A stretch of DNA of 64,000 nucleotides from Bdellovibrionales bacterium (GTDB taxonomy: Bacteria; Bdellovibrionota; Bdellovibrionia; Bdellovibrionales; JAGQZY01), in assembly GCA_964230645.1 (NCBI GenBank), contig CAXRHT010000003.1, forward strand, positions 192,001-256,000, given 5' to 3'. Both the position numbers and the translations under genes were made by a program. Shown piece after piece: positions 27,004-38,371 of the stretch (the stretch's first letter is position 1; each line of letters opens with the position of its first letter). The notes under the pieces are model-generated. The model was given only the letters and a program-made list of their open reading frames with translations. It had not been told where the DNA came from and did not search any database.

Positions 27004-29154
27004 ATGGGGATTAAAAATAACCGTGGGCAAATGGCGATCTTCGTCGCTCTGTTTTTCCAAGTGATATTTATATTTTTTGCCATGGCGATCAATGTTGGCC
27101 TTGTCGTGCATGATAAGATCAATCTGCAATCCGCTGTCGATATGGCCGCCTACTACGGAGCGATGAAACAGGGAGAGGTTCTCAATCAGATCGCTCACAT
27201 TAATTATCAGATGAGACAGAACTACAAACTCTTTGCCTGGCGCCACCGAGTCTTGGGCACTCTAGGGAACCAGAATCATCCACTGAGTTATTGGAGCTGG
27301 AACGGTGGCAACCAAACCCTGTTTGATGATGAGGCGAGTTCTGCCAATGGCATCAAACCGACTGTTTGTGTTTTCCATTCGGTTTTCGCCGAGTCGGTAG
27401 CCCTTGACCCGGATGCCGCCTCAATTTGCAAGCAAGACGCTCTGACCATTCCTGCTGTTCCTTCGATTAGCGCTCCGTCGGGTCTTGTGCCGGGATCAAG
27501 TGCCCTACCAGGAACTTTCGATTTTATTCAGGACCAACTGGATAAATACTGTCTAGAGGCTGGAATTTTTAACTGGCTCTATGCGGCCCGAATTCTTGCC
27601 CACTTCCGAGTCGACGGGTTACATCGAAAGAAAATGCTATGGAAGCTGGCAGAGAACTTAACGGGTCCCAGCCCCATTGATTTAAAAGGTGAATCGATCG
27701 AACAAGGCGTTCGCAATACATTTGAAAAAAACCTTACCAATACAAATTTCGCCAGTATTAAAGGAGGCAGTGGACAGTTCTTTTTTGAGAACTCTTTAAG
27801 TAAAAGCCCCTGTGATAAAGTTAATTTTTGGTTACCTGAAATCCGCATTCGTCCCGTTGTTTATTACTCTGACTGGGACAATGACCCGGGAGGTGGTTGT
27901 CCTCCGGCAACCGCTGTTCCCAATGTTCAAGGTGCCACTCGTTCTCCCGCGTCTGTTGCGCAAGGACTCGATAATTTACCTTATGCTTTTTCTAAAGGTG
28001 GACCTTGGGATGCAAGACTTAACTCGGGATTAGTGCAAAGACTCATACCTCATTGGGCAGGAGAGCCAGGTGGTCCTACCAATCAGCCCACCCTCCATTC
28101 CTCGGTAGGCTTTGAGAAAAACCCATGGTGTATGATTTACTCCGGTGTGCAAGCTCAAACGACTGTGAGGAAGCCTTTTGATCCAACAGGTGCGGGTGTG
28201 GTTTTACAGGCTCGTGGTTTTGCTAAACCTTTTGGAGGACGTATAGGTCCCTGGTATGGGAAGACCTGGCAAAGGGGAGCGGCCCATTCAAAGGCTCAAT
28301 CGCGTAGTGAGCGTGTCGATCCACTTTTGCCCACTCGCGCGGTCACTGGTGGGCCAGCACCTTCATCGAACCCCAATGAAGAGGTCTCCAATTATTCAAG
28401 GTATCCGGGTGATCAATTTGGAGTCGGTTCGATGCAAGCGATGAGTGCAATGATCCAGCCGTTTATGACGACTATGAACCATTTCAATAAAGATATGGAT
28501 CCACCGTTGGCGATTGCTACCTATGATCACCTCGGAGGTACGCCGACACTTGGGAACACGAAAGACAGTTTAGCCAGAGAGGCTCAGGTGCAGGGCCGAT
28601 CGGGGGTGCTCTTTAATATTGATCCCAAGCAACGAAATTTTGAATTAGGTGCCGTGGCACCTGATGTCTTTGATGCTCTCTACTATTCCATCGAGCCAAA
28701 AAATTTCGAACTCTATTTTCATCCGCAAGCGACAAATGATGGAGCTAACTTTTCAGAGCCTGATCGAATATATGACTTTGGATCATCGGGCGACAATTAC
28801 AGCTATAAGACTTGGCAAGCTCCGGAGAACTTCAATGTGATTAATCAAATTGATGAGATTGTACCCAATGTCTATCAGCCTGATTACAATCATGTCATCA
28901 GAGACTGGCAGAACTTACTCACATCGTGGCACCAAAAGAGAATTGTAGATTACAGTTTTGACGATGCTCGATTCGGTGATTGTCAGGAGGTCGTTTCGAA
29001 GCCCCAATATCCCACAACAGGAAACTGTATTGTGGGGGGGCGCACAGGATATTCAGTTAAATTAATTTCCAATGATTATCTGAAATCCGGCGATCACTCC
29101 GTCGGTGGTGGTAGTGCGGGTGGGGGAAGTATCCTCAACCCACCTAGTTTTTAA
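27004..29154 (+). CDS. TadG-like pilus-associated protein (N-terminal Tad domain)
   Basis: NNRGQMAIFVALFF...AINVGLVVHDKINLQSAVDMAAYYGA, a typical Tad/TadG N-terminus. Confidence 0.85.
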   Translation: MGIKNNRGQMAIFVALFFQVIFIFFAMAINVGLVVHDKINLQSAVDMAAYYGAMKQGEVLNQIAHINYQMRQNYKLFAWRHRVLGTLGNQNHPLSYWSWNGGNQTLFDDEASSANGIKPTVCVFHSVFAESVALDPDAASICKQDALTIPAVPSISAPSGLVPGSSALPGTFDFIQDQLDKYCLEAGIFNWLYAARILAHFRVDGLHRKKMLWKLAENLTGPSPIDLKGESIEQGVRNTFEKNLTNTNFASIKGGSGQFFFENSLSKSPCDKVNFWLPEIRIRPVVYYSDWDNDPGGGCPPATAVPNVQGATRSPASVAQGLDNLPYAFSKGGPWDARLNSGLVQRLIPHWAGEPGGPTNQPTLHSSVGFEKNPWCMIYSGVQAQTTVRKPFDPTGAGVVLQARGFAKPFGGRIGPWYGKTWQRGAAHSKAQSRSERVDPLLPTRAVTGGPAPSSNPNEEVSNYSRYPGDQFGVGSMQAMSAMIQPFMTTMNHFNKDMDPPLAIATYDHLGGTPTLGNTKDSLAREAQVQGRSGVLFNIDPKQRNFELGAVAPDVFDALYYSIEPKNFELYFHPQATNDGANFSEPDRIYDFGSSGDNYSYKTWQAPENFNVINQIDEIVPNVYQPDYNHVIRDWQNLLTSWHQKRIVDYSFDDARFGDCQEVVSKPQYPTTGNCIVGGRTGYSVKLISNDYLKSGDHSVGGGSAGGGSILNPPSF

Positions 29155-29171
29155 GGTGGGTATATCGTCTT

Positions 29172-29205
29172 AATGGTAGCGATTTGACGCAGTCTCGCTA
29201 CCATT
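29172..29205. terminator. Hairpin between convergent genes (possible bidirectional terminator)
   Basis: AATGGTAGCGA ... TCGCTACCATT, a perfect 11-bp inverted repeat. Confidence 0.5.
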
Positions 29206-29225
29206 GGGAAGCAGGTACCTTTGGG

Positions 29226-29828
29226 TTATTTGATTTTTGGTACCACGCCACAGGCAATTCTTTTTCCAGCAGCGCCTGAAGGTTGGCTCGTAAAATCGTC
29301 TTTTTTAGCATGTAAAACCATAGAACGGTTGATGACAGCTTTATCGCCTTCGGTGAGCTTCAAATGACTAAAAGTTTTATCAACTTTAATTTCACCATCG
29401 GAGTTAGAGAAATAGTTTCCGAGATCACCGGCGTGGTGTTTTTTGTCGGATAGAGCTCCGTGTTTCTCGTTATCTGGGTTGAAGTGCCCCCCAGCTCCTT
29501 TAGCTCCGTCTCCTTTACAGCTCCCTTTTTCATGAAAATGAAGAGCGTGTCCAGAGTTTGCATCCAAACCTTTTATGGTTCCCTTTAAGCGAAGCCCAGA
29601 ATCCGTTTCCGTTAAAGCAATGGTGCCGTTGGCTTTGGATTGGCTTTTGCTTTTCATAATAACAACAACAGAGGGCAGATCCGCTGATGTGTTTTTAGGT
29701 TGAGTCATATTGGTCGATTGAGACTTTTCCCCTTTATTCTTTTGGGTGCAACCGGCCGATAAAAAAGTACCAGCAAGTAAGAGAGAAAAAAAACAAATGT
29801 GAAGTTTTTTAAACATTCTGAAATTCAT
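29226..29828 (-). CDS. sodC: Cu/Zn superoxide dismutase, lipoprotein
   Basis: LSAGC lipobox; HALHFHEKGSC, AGGHFNP, HG, HAGDLGN, LHAKKDD, RIACG. Confidence 0.95.
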   Translation of the reverse strand: MNFRMFKKLHICFFSLLLAGTFLSAGCTQKNKGEKSQSTNMTQPKNTSADLPSVVVIMKSKSQSKANGTIALTETDSGLRLKGTIKGLDANSGHALHFHEKGSCKGDGAKGAGGHFNPDNEKHGALSDKKHHAGDLGNYFSNSDGEIKVDKTFSHLKLTEGDKAVINRSMVLHAKKDDFTSQPSGAAGKRIACGVVPKIK

Positions 29829-29900
29829 AGTTCATCCTTTCTCGCCAAGCGAGTTTAATACTCTCCAGTATTAAAATAAGAATGGATAGGACTCAAGGGC

Positions 29901-30929
29901 CTATGGGCTAACAATGTCACCAAGGCAGGCCACATTGAGGGAGACCTTCAGAAGTCCTAGTAAAAGGAATTGTACAACGGACTCATCGGCTTTTCTTTTT
30001 CTCTTTGAAACGTGGACCTGTGAAAAACCACCGCGGTTTTCATTTGTATTGCAGATCATTCCCTGCAAAATCGGTTCAGCAAGGCCGGCAGTAATTGAGC
30101 TACGCTTCTCGTTATCAAGCACTTCAACTTCAAGACCCGAGTAAAACATTTGTACTCGAGTTTCAACCAATGAGCTTTGTAAAAGAGAGCTTGATTTTGC
30201 TCTCTTTAATTTTCCCTTTAAGTTCAGCCCTTCCGTCGTTTGAAGATAAGTATTGATTTCGCCGAGATCGATCTCTGTCATCTCACTTTTCATTTTAACT
30301 TCTAGCGGTTTTTTAAGAAGAGTTGATTCAAGGTCGAGTTTTAATTCCCCTTTTCCAAAATAGCCTGTAGCCTTGGCAGCGAGCGTTCCCGATTGAACCG
30401 CTTCCCGATTAAAGGAAAGAATTTCGCCGTTGATGCTGTGAAAACTAAGCTTGCCTGGAGGGCGTTTTTCTTTTGGATCTAAATTTAAGTAATTAAACTT
30501 GGCATCCTTTAGTTTGATCGATCCCACTCGAAAAAAGGGGATGCCTTGCAAGTTTGTTTGCCCTTTCGAATCAGGCGGATCGTTTTTTTCACTTAACTCA
30601 ACAACAGCTCCAAGAACTTCGATTTCTTGAATGTTATACGAATTACTTGTCCAAGCTTTCCAGTCGGTTAAAATCCGAATGGACGGAACAGAAAAGGACC
30701 AGTGACTGAACTCTTTTTTACCCACTTTAATGGCAAGATCTTTGATTTCTATTTGGGGTTTTGAAAGCCCAACCAAATTGATATTGGAAAATGAAATTTT
30801 AAGTTCTTCAGACTCTATTTTCTCTATTTCATATCGGGCAAGGGTTGAGAGAATCTGCCCAGACGCTAAATAGGTGGTGAGTAAGAAAGCAAGAAAGACT
30901 AATAGCCCAATGAGAAGGTTTTTTTTCAT
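29901..30929 (-). CDS. AsmA-like/DUF748-type membrane-anchored protein
   Basis: N-terminal TM followed by beta-rich repeats typical of AsmA-like proteins. Confidence 0.55.
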   Translation of the reverse strand: MKKNLLIGLLVFLAFLLTTYLASGQILSTLARYEIEKIESEELKISFSNINLVGLSKPQIEIKDLAIKVGKKEFSHWSFSVPSIRILTDWKAWTSNSYNIQEIEVLGAVVELSEKNDPPDSKGQTNLQGIPFFRVGSIKLKDAKFNYLNLDPKEKRPPGKLSFHSINGEILSFNREAVQSGTLAAKATGYFGKGELKLDLESTLLKKPLEVKMKSEMTEIDLGEINTYLQTTEGLNLKGKLKRAKSSSLLQSSLVETRVQMFYSGLEVEVLDNEKRSSITAGLAEPILQGMICNTNENRGGFSQVHVSKRKRKADESVVQFLLLGLLKVSLNVACLGDIVSP

Positions 30930-31096
30930 GGAAAATCCATATCATAGGGGGCCTAAAAAGTAACAAAAAACGCGCATTTAGACCCAAAATGGACCTGAAT
31001 AATCAGAATCCACAGTCTCAAATCGAAACAAAGGGGTGCTGAAGAAATTACATCTTGGCTCAATTTTTGAACACTTATTGGGGGAAGGTTGTGACC

Positions 31097-31660
31097 ATGA
31101 ATTTTTTAAAGACGATACTCATTCTGATTTCCCTACTCCAAGCCGTTTCGGTTTTTGGTGCTCCAGAGCCAACGCCTGAAGAGGGACAAGGCACTGAAAT
31201 TGAGGCCATTGAGGAGGTCACCCCCTCTCTTATGGGGTTTCAGGAGTGGAAGTCTCGTCGGGTCCTTGAAGCCAAACAGAAATTGGTGGCCTTTAAAACC
31301 CCTGAAGAAGTTTCGGATAAAAATAACGCCGAGGAAAAGGTAGACTCTCAAAAAGACCAAGATGTGGAAAACCCTGTTGATAGTAGCGAGAGGGCTTCCG
31401 CGAAATTGGAAAGTGAACAAATTGGAGGCCTCAATCAGAAGGCTGAGAAGCTTCGCCAGCTCGAGTTTAATTTGGAGATCGCCCAAGGCCTGACCATCCA
31501 TGATTATTTTGCCCTTTATCTGAAGGATAAAACACGGCCGGAAATGGAGAGTGCCATTCAGAAACTCACCGCTTCGGAACTCTCCGAACTTCTCATGGCC
31601 TATCGAACCAGTCTTTACGGTCAACCCTTTGAAAAAAAGACCGGAGCCAACCTTAAGTAA
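31097..31660 (+). CDS. Hypothetical exported protein
   Basis: Signal peptide from ATG 31097; C-terminal LTIHDYFALYL-type helical domain. Confidence 0.7.
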   Translation: MNFLKTILILISLLQAVSVFGAPEPTPEEGQGTEIEAIEEVTPSLMGFQEWKSRRVLEAKQKLVAFKTPEEVSDKNNAEEKVDSQKDQDVENPVDSSERASAKLESEQIGGLNQKAEKLRQLEFNLEIAQGLTIHDYFALYLKDKTRPEMESAIQKLTASELSELLMAYRTSLYGQPFEKKTGANLK

Positions 31661-31726
31661 TTCCAGACACTTAGCCTGATCATCAAAAAATCTAGGGCCA
31701 CAAATAAAAAATCTTAATATCCCTAC

Positions 31727-31754
31727 CTTGACAGTTTATAGGAGGGGTCCATAT
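31727..31754 (+). promoter_or_regulatory. Putative heat-shock (sigma32-like) / sigma70 promoter of groESL
   Basis: CTTGAC(A)-N15-TCCATAT about 50 nt upstream of groES; no CIRCE element seen. Confidence 0.55.
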
Positions 31755-31802
31755 TGGCCCCATTGAGGACATATCGTCTTACTATTATAAGGAGGAAACA
31801 CA

Positions 31803-33760
<1,958 letters not shown>

Positions 33761-33785
33761 TCATCGTTTCTTCCAAACCAAAAAG

Positions 33786-33819
33786 AAAAGGGCGCCTTTG
33801 TGGCGCCTTTTTTTTTTTT
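33786..33819 (+). terminator. Rho-independent terminator of groESL
   Basis: aaaagGGCGCC-tttgt-GGCGCC followed by a long T tract. Confidence 0.9.
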
Positions 33820-33839
33820 GCCTTTGAAGGGGGTTGGGG

Positions 33840-34035
33840 CAAATTTCATGAAGTCATTTTGCATTTCAAAATTTGGAGAGACAGTTTTGCGGCCAGGCAT
33901 GCCGACGGGTGCACTTCGTCTCCCGGATTGCGCCATTTCATGTCGCAACCCAAGATACGCAGCGCTCGCGGCTCGAGCCTGTCCACAAAACTGTCTCTCC
34001 AAATTTTGAAATGCAAAATGACTTCATGAAATTTG
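33840..34035 (+). repeat. Long hairpin element, copy 2: 53-bp inverted arms (33840-33892 / 33983-34035) around the shared 84-nt core (33896-33979)
   Basis: caaatttcatgaagtcattttgcatttcaaaatttggagagacagttttgcgg with its reverse complement (1 mismatch); core 79/84 identical to 2580-2663. Confidence 0.95.
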
Positions 34036-34072
34036 TAAAAAGCTATTTATCAATTAAAAAGGACTGAGAGAT

Positions 34073-35662
34073 TTAAAATAGGTAGTCGATACCAGTACTC
34101 AACATAGTGAAGCGGTGGCTTAGGTTATTGGCGGGGACGGGGCGTCCACCTTGGCCGGAGTAGCTTGTTGAGAGTAGTAGGAATTCAAGTCCTACACGCC
34201 ATCTTAGACGTTGGCTGATTTTGTTTTCTGCATAAAATTGGAAATCATTGATTGTGTTTTCGGGGTCTCCGCCGGAGGCGAAGGGTGTTTCGTTGAGACT
34301 TGGGAAAAGGTGGAAATAGGCTTTTCCGCCGATCGCCCATGTTCTTTCTTTATTGATGGGTACGTAACCACCAATACCAATCGGCATACTGCGATATTGA
34401 AGAGTGGTGAATCCAGAGTTTGAAGTGGTGTCTACAAACATTCTGTAATTGCTAAATCCCACATCGACTGTGAGTTTGGGGCCAAAAAATTCGTTTCTTA
34501 AAATAAAGTTGTAGCCGAAGGATAAACGGTATTGGGTGAGGGATTGAGAAATCTCTGAGGGGTTTCCCGTGGGGTTGTCGCTTGAACCAATACCTTGGGC
34601 AAAGTAGGCGTCTGTGTATATAGAAGGTGTGATCCACAGTTCGCCGGCCACCTTAATTCTAGGGTAAGCATTTACTTCGGAATTTAAGTTTGTGCCGTCT
34701 GCAAGAGTGAGGCTGTTGTCGAAATTTCCTAGGGAGAAATCGGCTCCGATTTTACCGAAGGTGGGAGGGTTTTTTGCGACCCATTCTCTAGCGTTTTTGC
34801 CGTAAACGGATTTGTTGTTTTCACTTAATAGTTGTTCCGGTGGGGTGTAGGTTTTTGTCCATGGGGTGGACTCATAGCGTACCGAGGAAATTCCTGTAAC
34901 CTTGGTGTCTTCGGTGATCACTCCGGCTTCGGTTTCACTAAGAATATCTCCAAAGCTAAGATATTCATCGACTTTAACCACTCTAATTTGTCCTAATATC
35001 GCTTTACTACTTTTTATAATAAAGTTCCTAACGGGGTGCTTTTTGGCGCCAATGACCTTTATTGCCGTTAGGGTTTGACCTTTGGTGACTCCATCTTTTT
35101 TGCCAGCACTGATGGTGACTCGATTATCAGTGCGACTCATTACCAAGGCGTCATAGGGGACTTTTTCTATAATTCTAGACATCAACGAAACAACGGCGGC
35201 TTGCACTATTTCGGTATTATCAGAGGGGCGCTCTAACTTTTCTTCAGCAACCAAGAGACCACTTTTTGCACTGAAAAGATAAAGATGAATATTTATTTGT
35301 TTTGGATCTTTGCGAACATCGGTTACAAAAAAGCCATCGGCTTTGAGATCTTTGGTAAAGCTTTTTACGAGCTCATTATTTTTTATTAGGTCTTCAGGGT
35401 TTATAACTTGGTTGGCCGCCGGGGAGGGGGTGTAGTCCCACTGATGGTTTTTCTTAATTAATTTTTCAAGCACTTCATCGACGGCTTTTGAATAGACTCC
35501 ATTCACGTTATCTTGAGTGGGTAGGAAACTCATCTTTTTAAAAGTTAAGCTTTGATCATAGTCACTGATGTACTCAGTGGTATCCTCTACTTGTTGAGCT
35601 AGGGATGGGGTCGAGTTGATTAAAATGAAGACAAAGCAAGTTAAGTTCAATAATGCACGCAT
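34073..35662 (-). CDS. Hypothetical exported protein with a probable C-terminal outer-membrane beta-barrel
   Basis: Signal peptide; C-terminal alternating strands ending GIDYLF. Confidence 0.7.
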   Translation of the reverse strand: MRALLNLTCFVFILINSTPSLAQQVEDTTEYISDYDQSLTFKKMSFLPTQDNVNGVYSKAVDEVLEKLIKKNHQWDYTPSPAANQVINPEDLIKNNELVKSFTKDLKADGFFVTDVRKDPKQINIHLYLFSAKSGLLVAEEKLERPSDNTEIVQAAVVSLMSRIIEKVPYDALVMSRTDNRVTISAGKKDGVTKGQTLTAIKVIGAKKHPVRNFIIKSSKAILGQIRVVKVDEYLSFGDILSETEAGVITEDTKVTGISSVRYESTPWTKTYTPPEQLLSENNKSVYGKNAREWVAKNPPTFGKIGADFSLGNFDNSLTLADGTNLNSEVNAYPRIKVAGELWITPSIYTDAYFAQGIGSSDNPTGNPSEISQSLTQYRLSFGYNFILRNEFFGPKLTVDVGFSNYRMFVDTTSNSGFTTLQYRSMPIGIGGYVPINKERTWAIGGKAYFHLFPSLNETPFASGGDPENTINDFQFYAENKISQRLRWRVGLEFLLLSTSYSGQGGRPVPANNLSHRFTMLSTGIDYLF

Positions 35663-35863
35663 ATCAATATTATAAACATGGATGCCTCTGGGGTCATAGA
35701 TTTAGAAGCCCGTTGTCTTGAGTCTAGGCTAAGGCCGCGTGCAAATGTTTCCCTAGGAGGAATCCTCTTCTTTCCTCCGAAGACTTAAGTTGAGCCAAAG
35801 CCTCATTCTATACCCCGGGAACTGTTGAATTTGGTACAATAAAGGGGACAAGGTGAGGTCCTT

Positions 35864-36244
35864 ATGAAGATTATGATCGTTGATGATTCTTCTTTTATTA
35901 TACTGTTCTGTCGTCAGGCATTGGAAAAATCAGGATTTAATGTCGTCGGTGAAGCCTATGATGGTGTTGAAGCGGTTGAAAAAGCGCAGGAGTTAAATCC
36001 GGATGTTGTTATAATGGATATTGCTTTGCCTAAGAAAAATGGCTTTGAAGCCACAGAAAGTATTTTAGAACTGAATCCCAATACAAAAATTTTAGCGATT
36101 TCTGCATTGGACGAGGACTGGATTCGAGAGAAAGCTCTTAAAGCTGGATGCTTTGACTTTTTAGCAAAACCATTTGAAGCTACACAGCTGATCAATCAAA
36201 TGGAAAACTTGGTGGGTGACTCGGAAGGACTTAAATATGGGTGA
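35864..36244 (+). CDS. Single-domain response regulator (CheY-like)
   Basis: IMIVDD, MDIALP..NG, ISA, KPF. Confidence 0.92.
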   Translation: MKIMIVDDSSFIILFCRQALEKSGFNVVGEAYDGVEAVEKAQELNPDVVIMDIALPKKNGFEATESILELNPNTKILAISALDEDWIREKALKAGCFDFLAKPFEATQLINQMENLVGDSEGLKYG

Positions 36245-36611
36245 TATATTTTTTGTAATTCGTATGGCTTTTTACACACTTGTTCTTGTGATTATAATGC
36301 AGGTAAAGATCGGCCCAACGACCATTGAACAAAAAGTTATTGATTTAACTCACAACTCTCAAGCAGCGGGTGTGTTACAGGGATTTGCGCAAGGTGCGGC
36401 TACCTTTATTGGAATTCAATACAATCGAGCCACTGGACATCTCAAATCAAGATTTATTAAAGAGCATAGCTCAGACAACCAGCCGGGCTCTCGTCTACAA
36501 GAGAAGCTTTCTGAGTTACAAGACTCAATCAACAAAAAATGGGAAGACCACGAAAAAAGCCAGTATCCTGCGAAAGAAGAGCATGGTGATCGCCCTTCTA
36601 TAAACCACTAA
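36237..36611 (+). CDS. Hypothetical membrane protein
   Basis: ATG overlaps the regulator stop; N-terminal TM followed by MQVKIGPTTIEQK. Confidence 0.7.
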   Translation: MGDIFFVIRMAFYTLVLVIIMQVKIGPTTIEQKVIDLTHNSQAAGVLQGFAQGAATFIGIQYNRATGHLKSRFIKEHSSDNQPGSRLQEKLSELQDSINKKWEDHEKSQYPAKEEHGDRPSINH

Positions 36612-37068
36612 GGTCAAAATTCTGAGATCTTACCTCCACTAGGTCCCCTCCAACGGGGCCCGCAAAGACTTTGATTGTGATTGAGTTTAGATCATCCGAG
36701 GAAAAGCAACTATCGATTTCTAAATGATTGTTTGTCCGATTCACTGATTCAATGATTCGCGGGCAAACCAAGGTCTCAGCTGAGTCCATCACTAAAATTT
36801 CTACGTCGATATTGGCGTTTTCATCCGATGTCGAGACTGCCGAAGCTATAAAACGATAACTATAGTTTGGAGTTTGAGCTGATCCAACATTTACTTTGTC
36901 TATAATTTGAACGTCAGCGAAATAACTGGGGGCTGACTTATGGTAGGGGTAAAGTGAAGAAAGACTTGAGCTTGAGTAGCCCAAACCTGACCCAGCCATA
37001 TTTCCACAATTTTGTAAAAGAACCACTAAAGCCGTAAAAAGAAAAAGTCCTATAAACATTTTTTTCAT
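36598..37068 (-). CDS. Putative lipoprotein (LQNC lipobox)
   Basis: MKK-hydrophobic-LLQNCG; last gene of the coupled cassette. Confidence 0.75.
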   Translation of the reverse strand: MKKMFIGLFLFTALVVLLQNCGNMAGSGLGYSSSSLSSLYPYHKSAPSYFADVQIIDKVNVGSAQTPNYSYRFIASAVSTSDENANIDVEILVMDSAETLVCPRIIESVNRTNNHLEIDSCFSSDDLNSITIKVFAGPVGGDLVEVRSQNFDLSGL

Positions 37069-37070
37069 TT

Positions 37071-37646
37071 TTAGAACTCCTCATTAATATATAAAACTAG
37101 GGAACTCAGTTTCTGTTTGTCACCGGCAAATTTTGTATCAAGTCCACCGGATTTCATAGGGTCTCTTCCGAGAGCGGCGGCCACACTGGCCTCTGTCTGA
37201 GGTTTCGATATCGCCTGGGTTCTATGGCAGCTCAAACAGTTATTAGTAAATAGATTACGACCAAGAGCTAATGAGGGCTCTGTGCTTGGGCCAGTGGGTT
37301 GATCCGTTGGAAAAGAAAAAACTTTGCCAAGTTGTCGAACTGTAAAGGTTTGTAGGCTTACCAACTCACCATTGGAAAGATAAATAGACCCTTGAACCTT
37401 TGTTTCCTCTGTACACATGATGTGGAAGATATCCTTGTAGTGAACATCAATCATAGCATCACAGCCTATATTCACATTCACACTTTCAACGTCTAAGGCC
37501 TTACCCCCAGAATCTTTCACTTTGAAGGAAAGAAGTCGGTGGGTGACCAAGGCGTCTTTTTCAAACATAGAAACTATTTGATAGGACTCTGCCATCGCAG
37601 AAAATGAAAATAAGAAGCTAAACGCCAGAAGAAAGCAATATTTCAT
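37071..37646 (-). CDS. Exported protein with a C-terminal c-type cytochrome domain
   Basis: Signal peptide; GRNLFTNNCLSCH heme motif, distal Met (DPMK), closing LVLYI helix. Confidence 0.8.
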   Translation of the reverse strand: MKYCFLLAFSFLFSFSAMAESYQIVSMFEKDALVTHRLLSFKVKDSGGKALDVESVNVNIGCDAMIDVHYKDIFHIMCTEETKVQGSIYLSNGELVSLQTFTVRQLGKVFSFPTDQPTGPSTEPSLALGRNLFTNNCLSCHRTQAISKPQTEASVAAALGRDPMKSGGLDTKFAGDKQKLSSLVLYINEEF

Positions 37647-38371
37647 TAGAGCACCTGCCAGTGTGGGCTTAGGCAGATTCCAAGTACGATCTGTTTCCAA
37701 GCTTCGGTTTTGTCATCGTGTTGTTTATGAACGAGATCAAGAGCATCAAAGAAATCATTGGCAGGCAGTGGCTTACCACGGAAAAAAAGTTGAAAGGCTC
37801 TTTCGAAATTTGCGCTATTGGCAGCGGGAGGTTTCTCCAGAGTGGCTTTGCTATCTATTTTTTTAAGAGCGTGTTCGAGCCCTTTATCACTATCGACACC
37901 AATTTGGCAGGCAGACATGCGTCGACCCTCTCTTGGTGCACTTGCTCCAGAAATATTAGCAACCGCGCCGACAATTTCTTCATTGTCACATCGATAAAAC
38001 GGATTTTTGTCTTTATTACAGTCAGCAGCCGGTTGACGTCTTTTCTGATAAAGGTCCCAACCAGAACCTACGTCGGCTGCAGCCCAGGCTATAGTTTCCA
38101 CCATCTTTAACTTCACAGAGCTGCCAAAAACACTAATGAAAGTATTATAAGTCAACATTCTATTCGTATAGACGGGCTGGGCTTCTGTGCTCGCTTTTTG
38201 AAACTGAAGATGACCATTGTGACCATAAATCAATTCTGACTGACTACCAAAATCAATCGCGCTATTTGAAGTTTTAGTAGCCAACAAGCCATCTCCACAG
38301 TTTTGGAAAATGATAAGAGTTGAAGCCAGTAGGGCTAAAAGAGTGGAATACCGGGGTTTATGCCTTAACAT
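37646..38371 (-). CDS. Putative lipoprotein (FQNC) with a DUF1553/DUF1585-like C-terminal helix
   Basis: IIFQNCG lipobox; AFQLFFRGKP...AWKQIVLGICLSPHWQ C-terminus; TAATG overlap with the next gene. Confidence 0.7.
   Translation of the reverse strand: MLRHKPRYSTLLALLASTLIIFQNCGDGLLATKTSNSAIDFGSQSELIYGHNGHLQFQKASTEAQPVYTNRMLTYNTFISVFGSSVKLKMVETIAWAAADVGSGWDLYQKRRQPAADCNKDKNPFYRCDNEEIVGAVANISGASAPREGRRMSACQIGVDSDKGLEHALKKIDSKATLEKPPAANSANFERAFQLFFRGKPLPANDFFDALDLVHKQHDDKTEAWKQIVLGICLSPHWQVL

Noticed and set aside
31690..31802. CIRCE operator upstream of groES
   Set aside because: TTAGCACTC-N9-GAGTGCTAA is not present.
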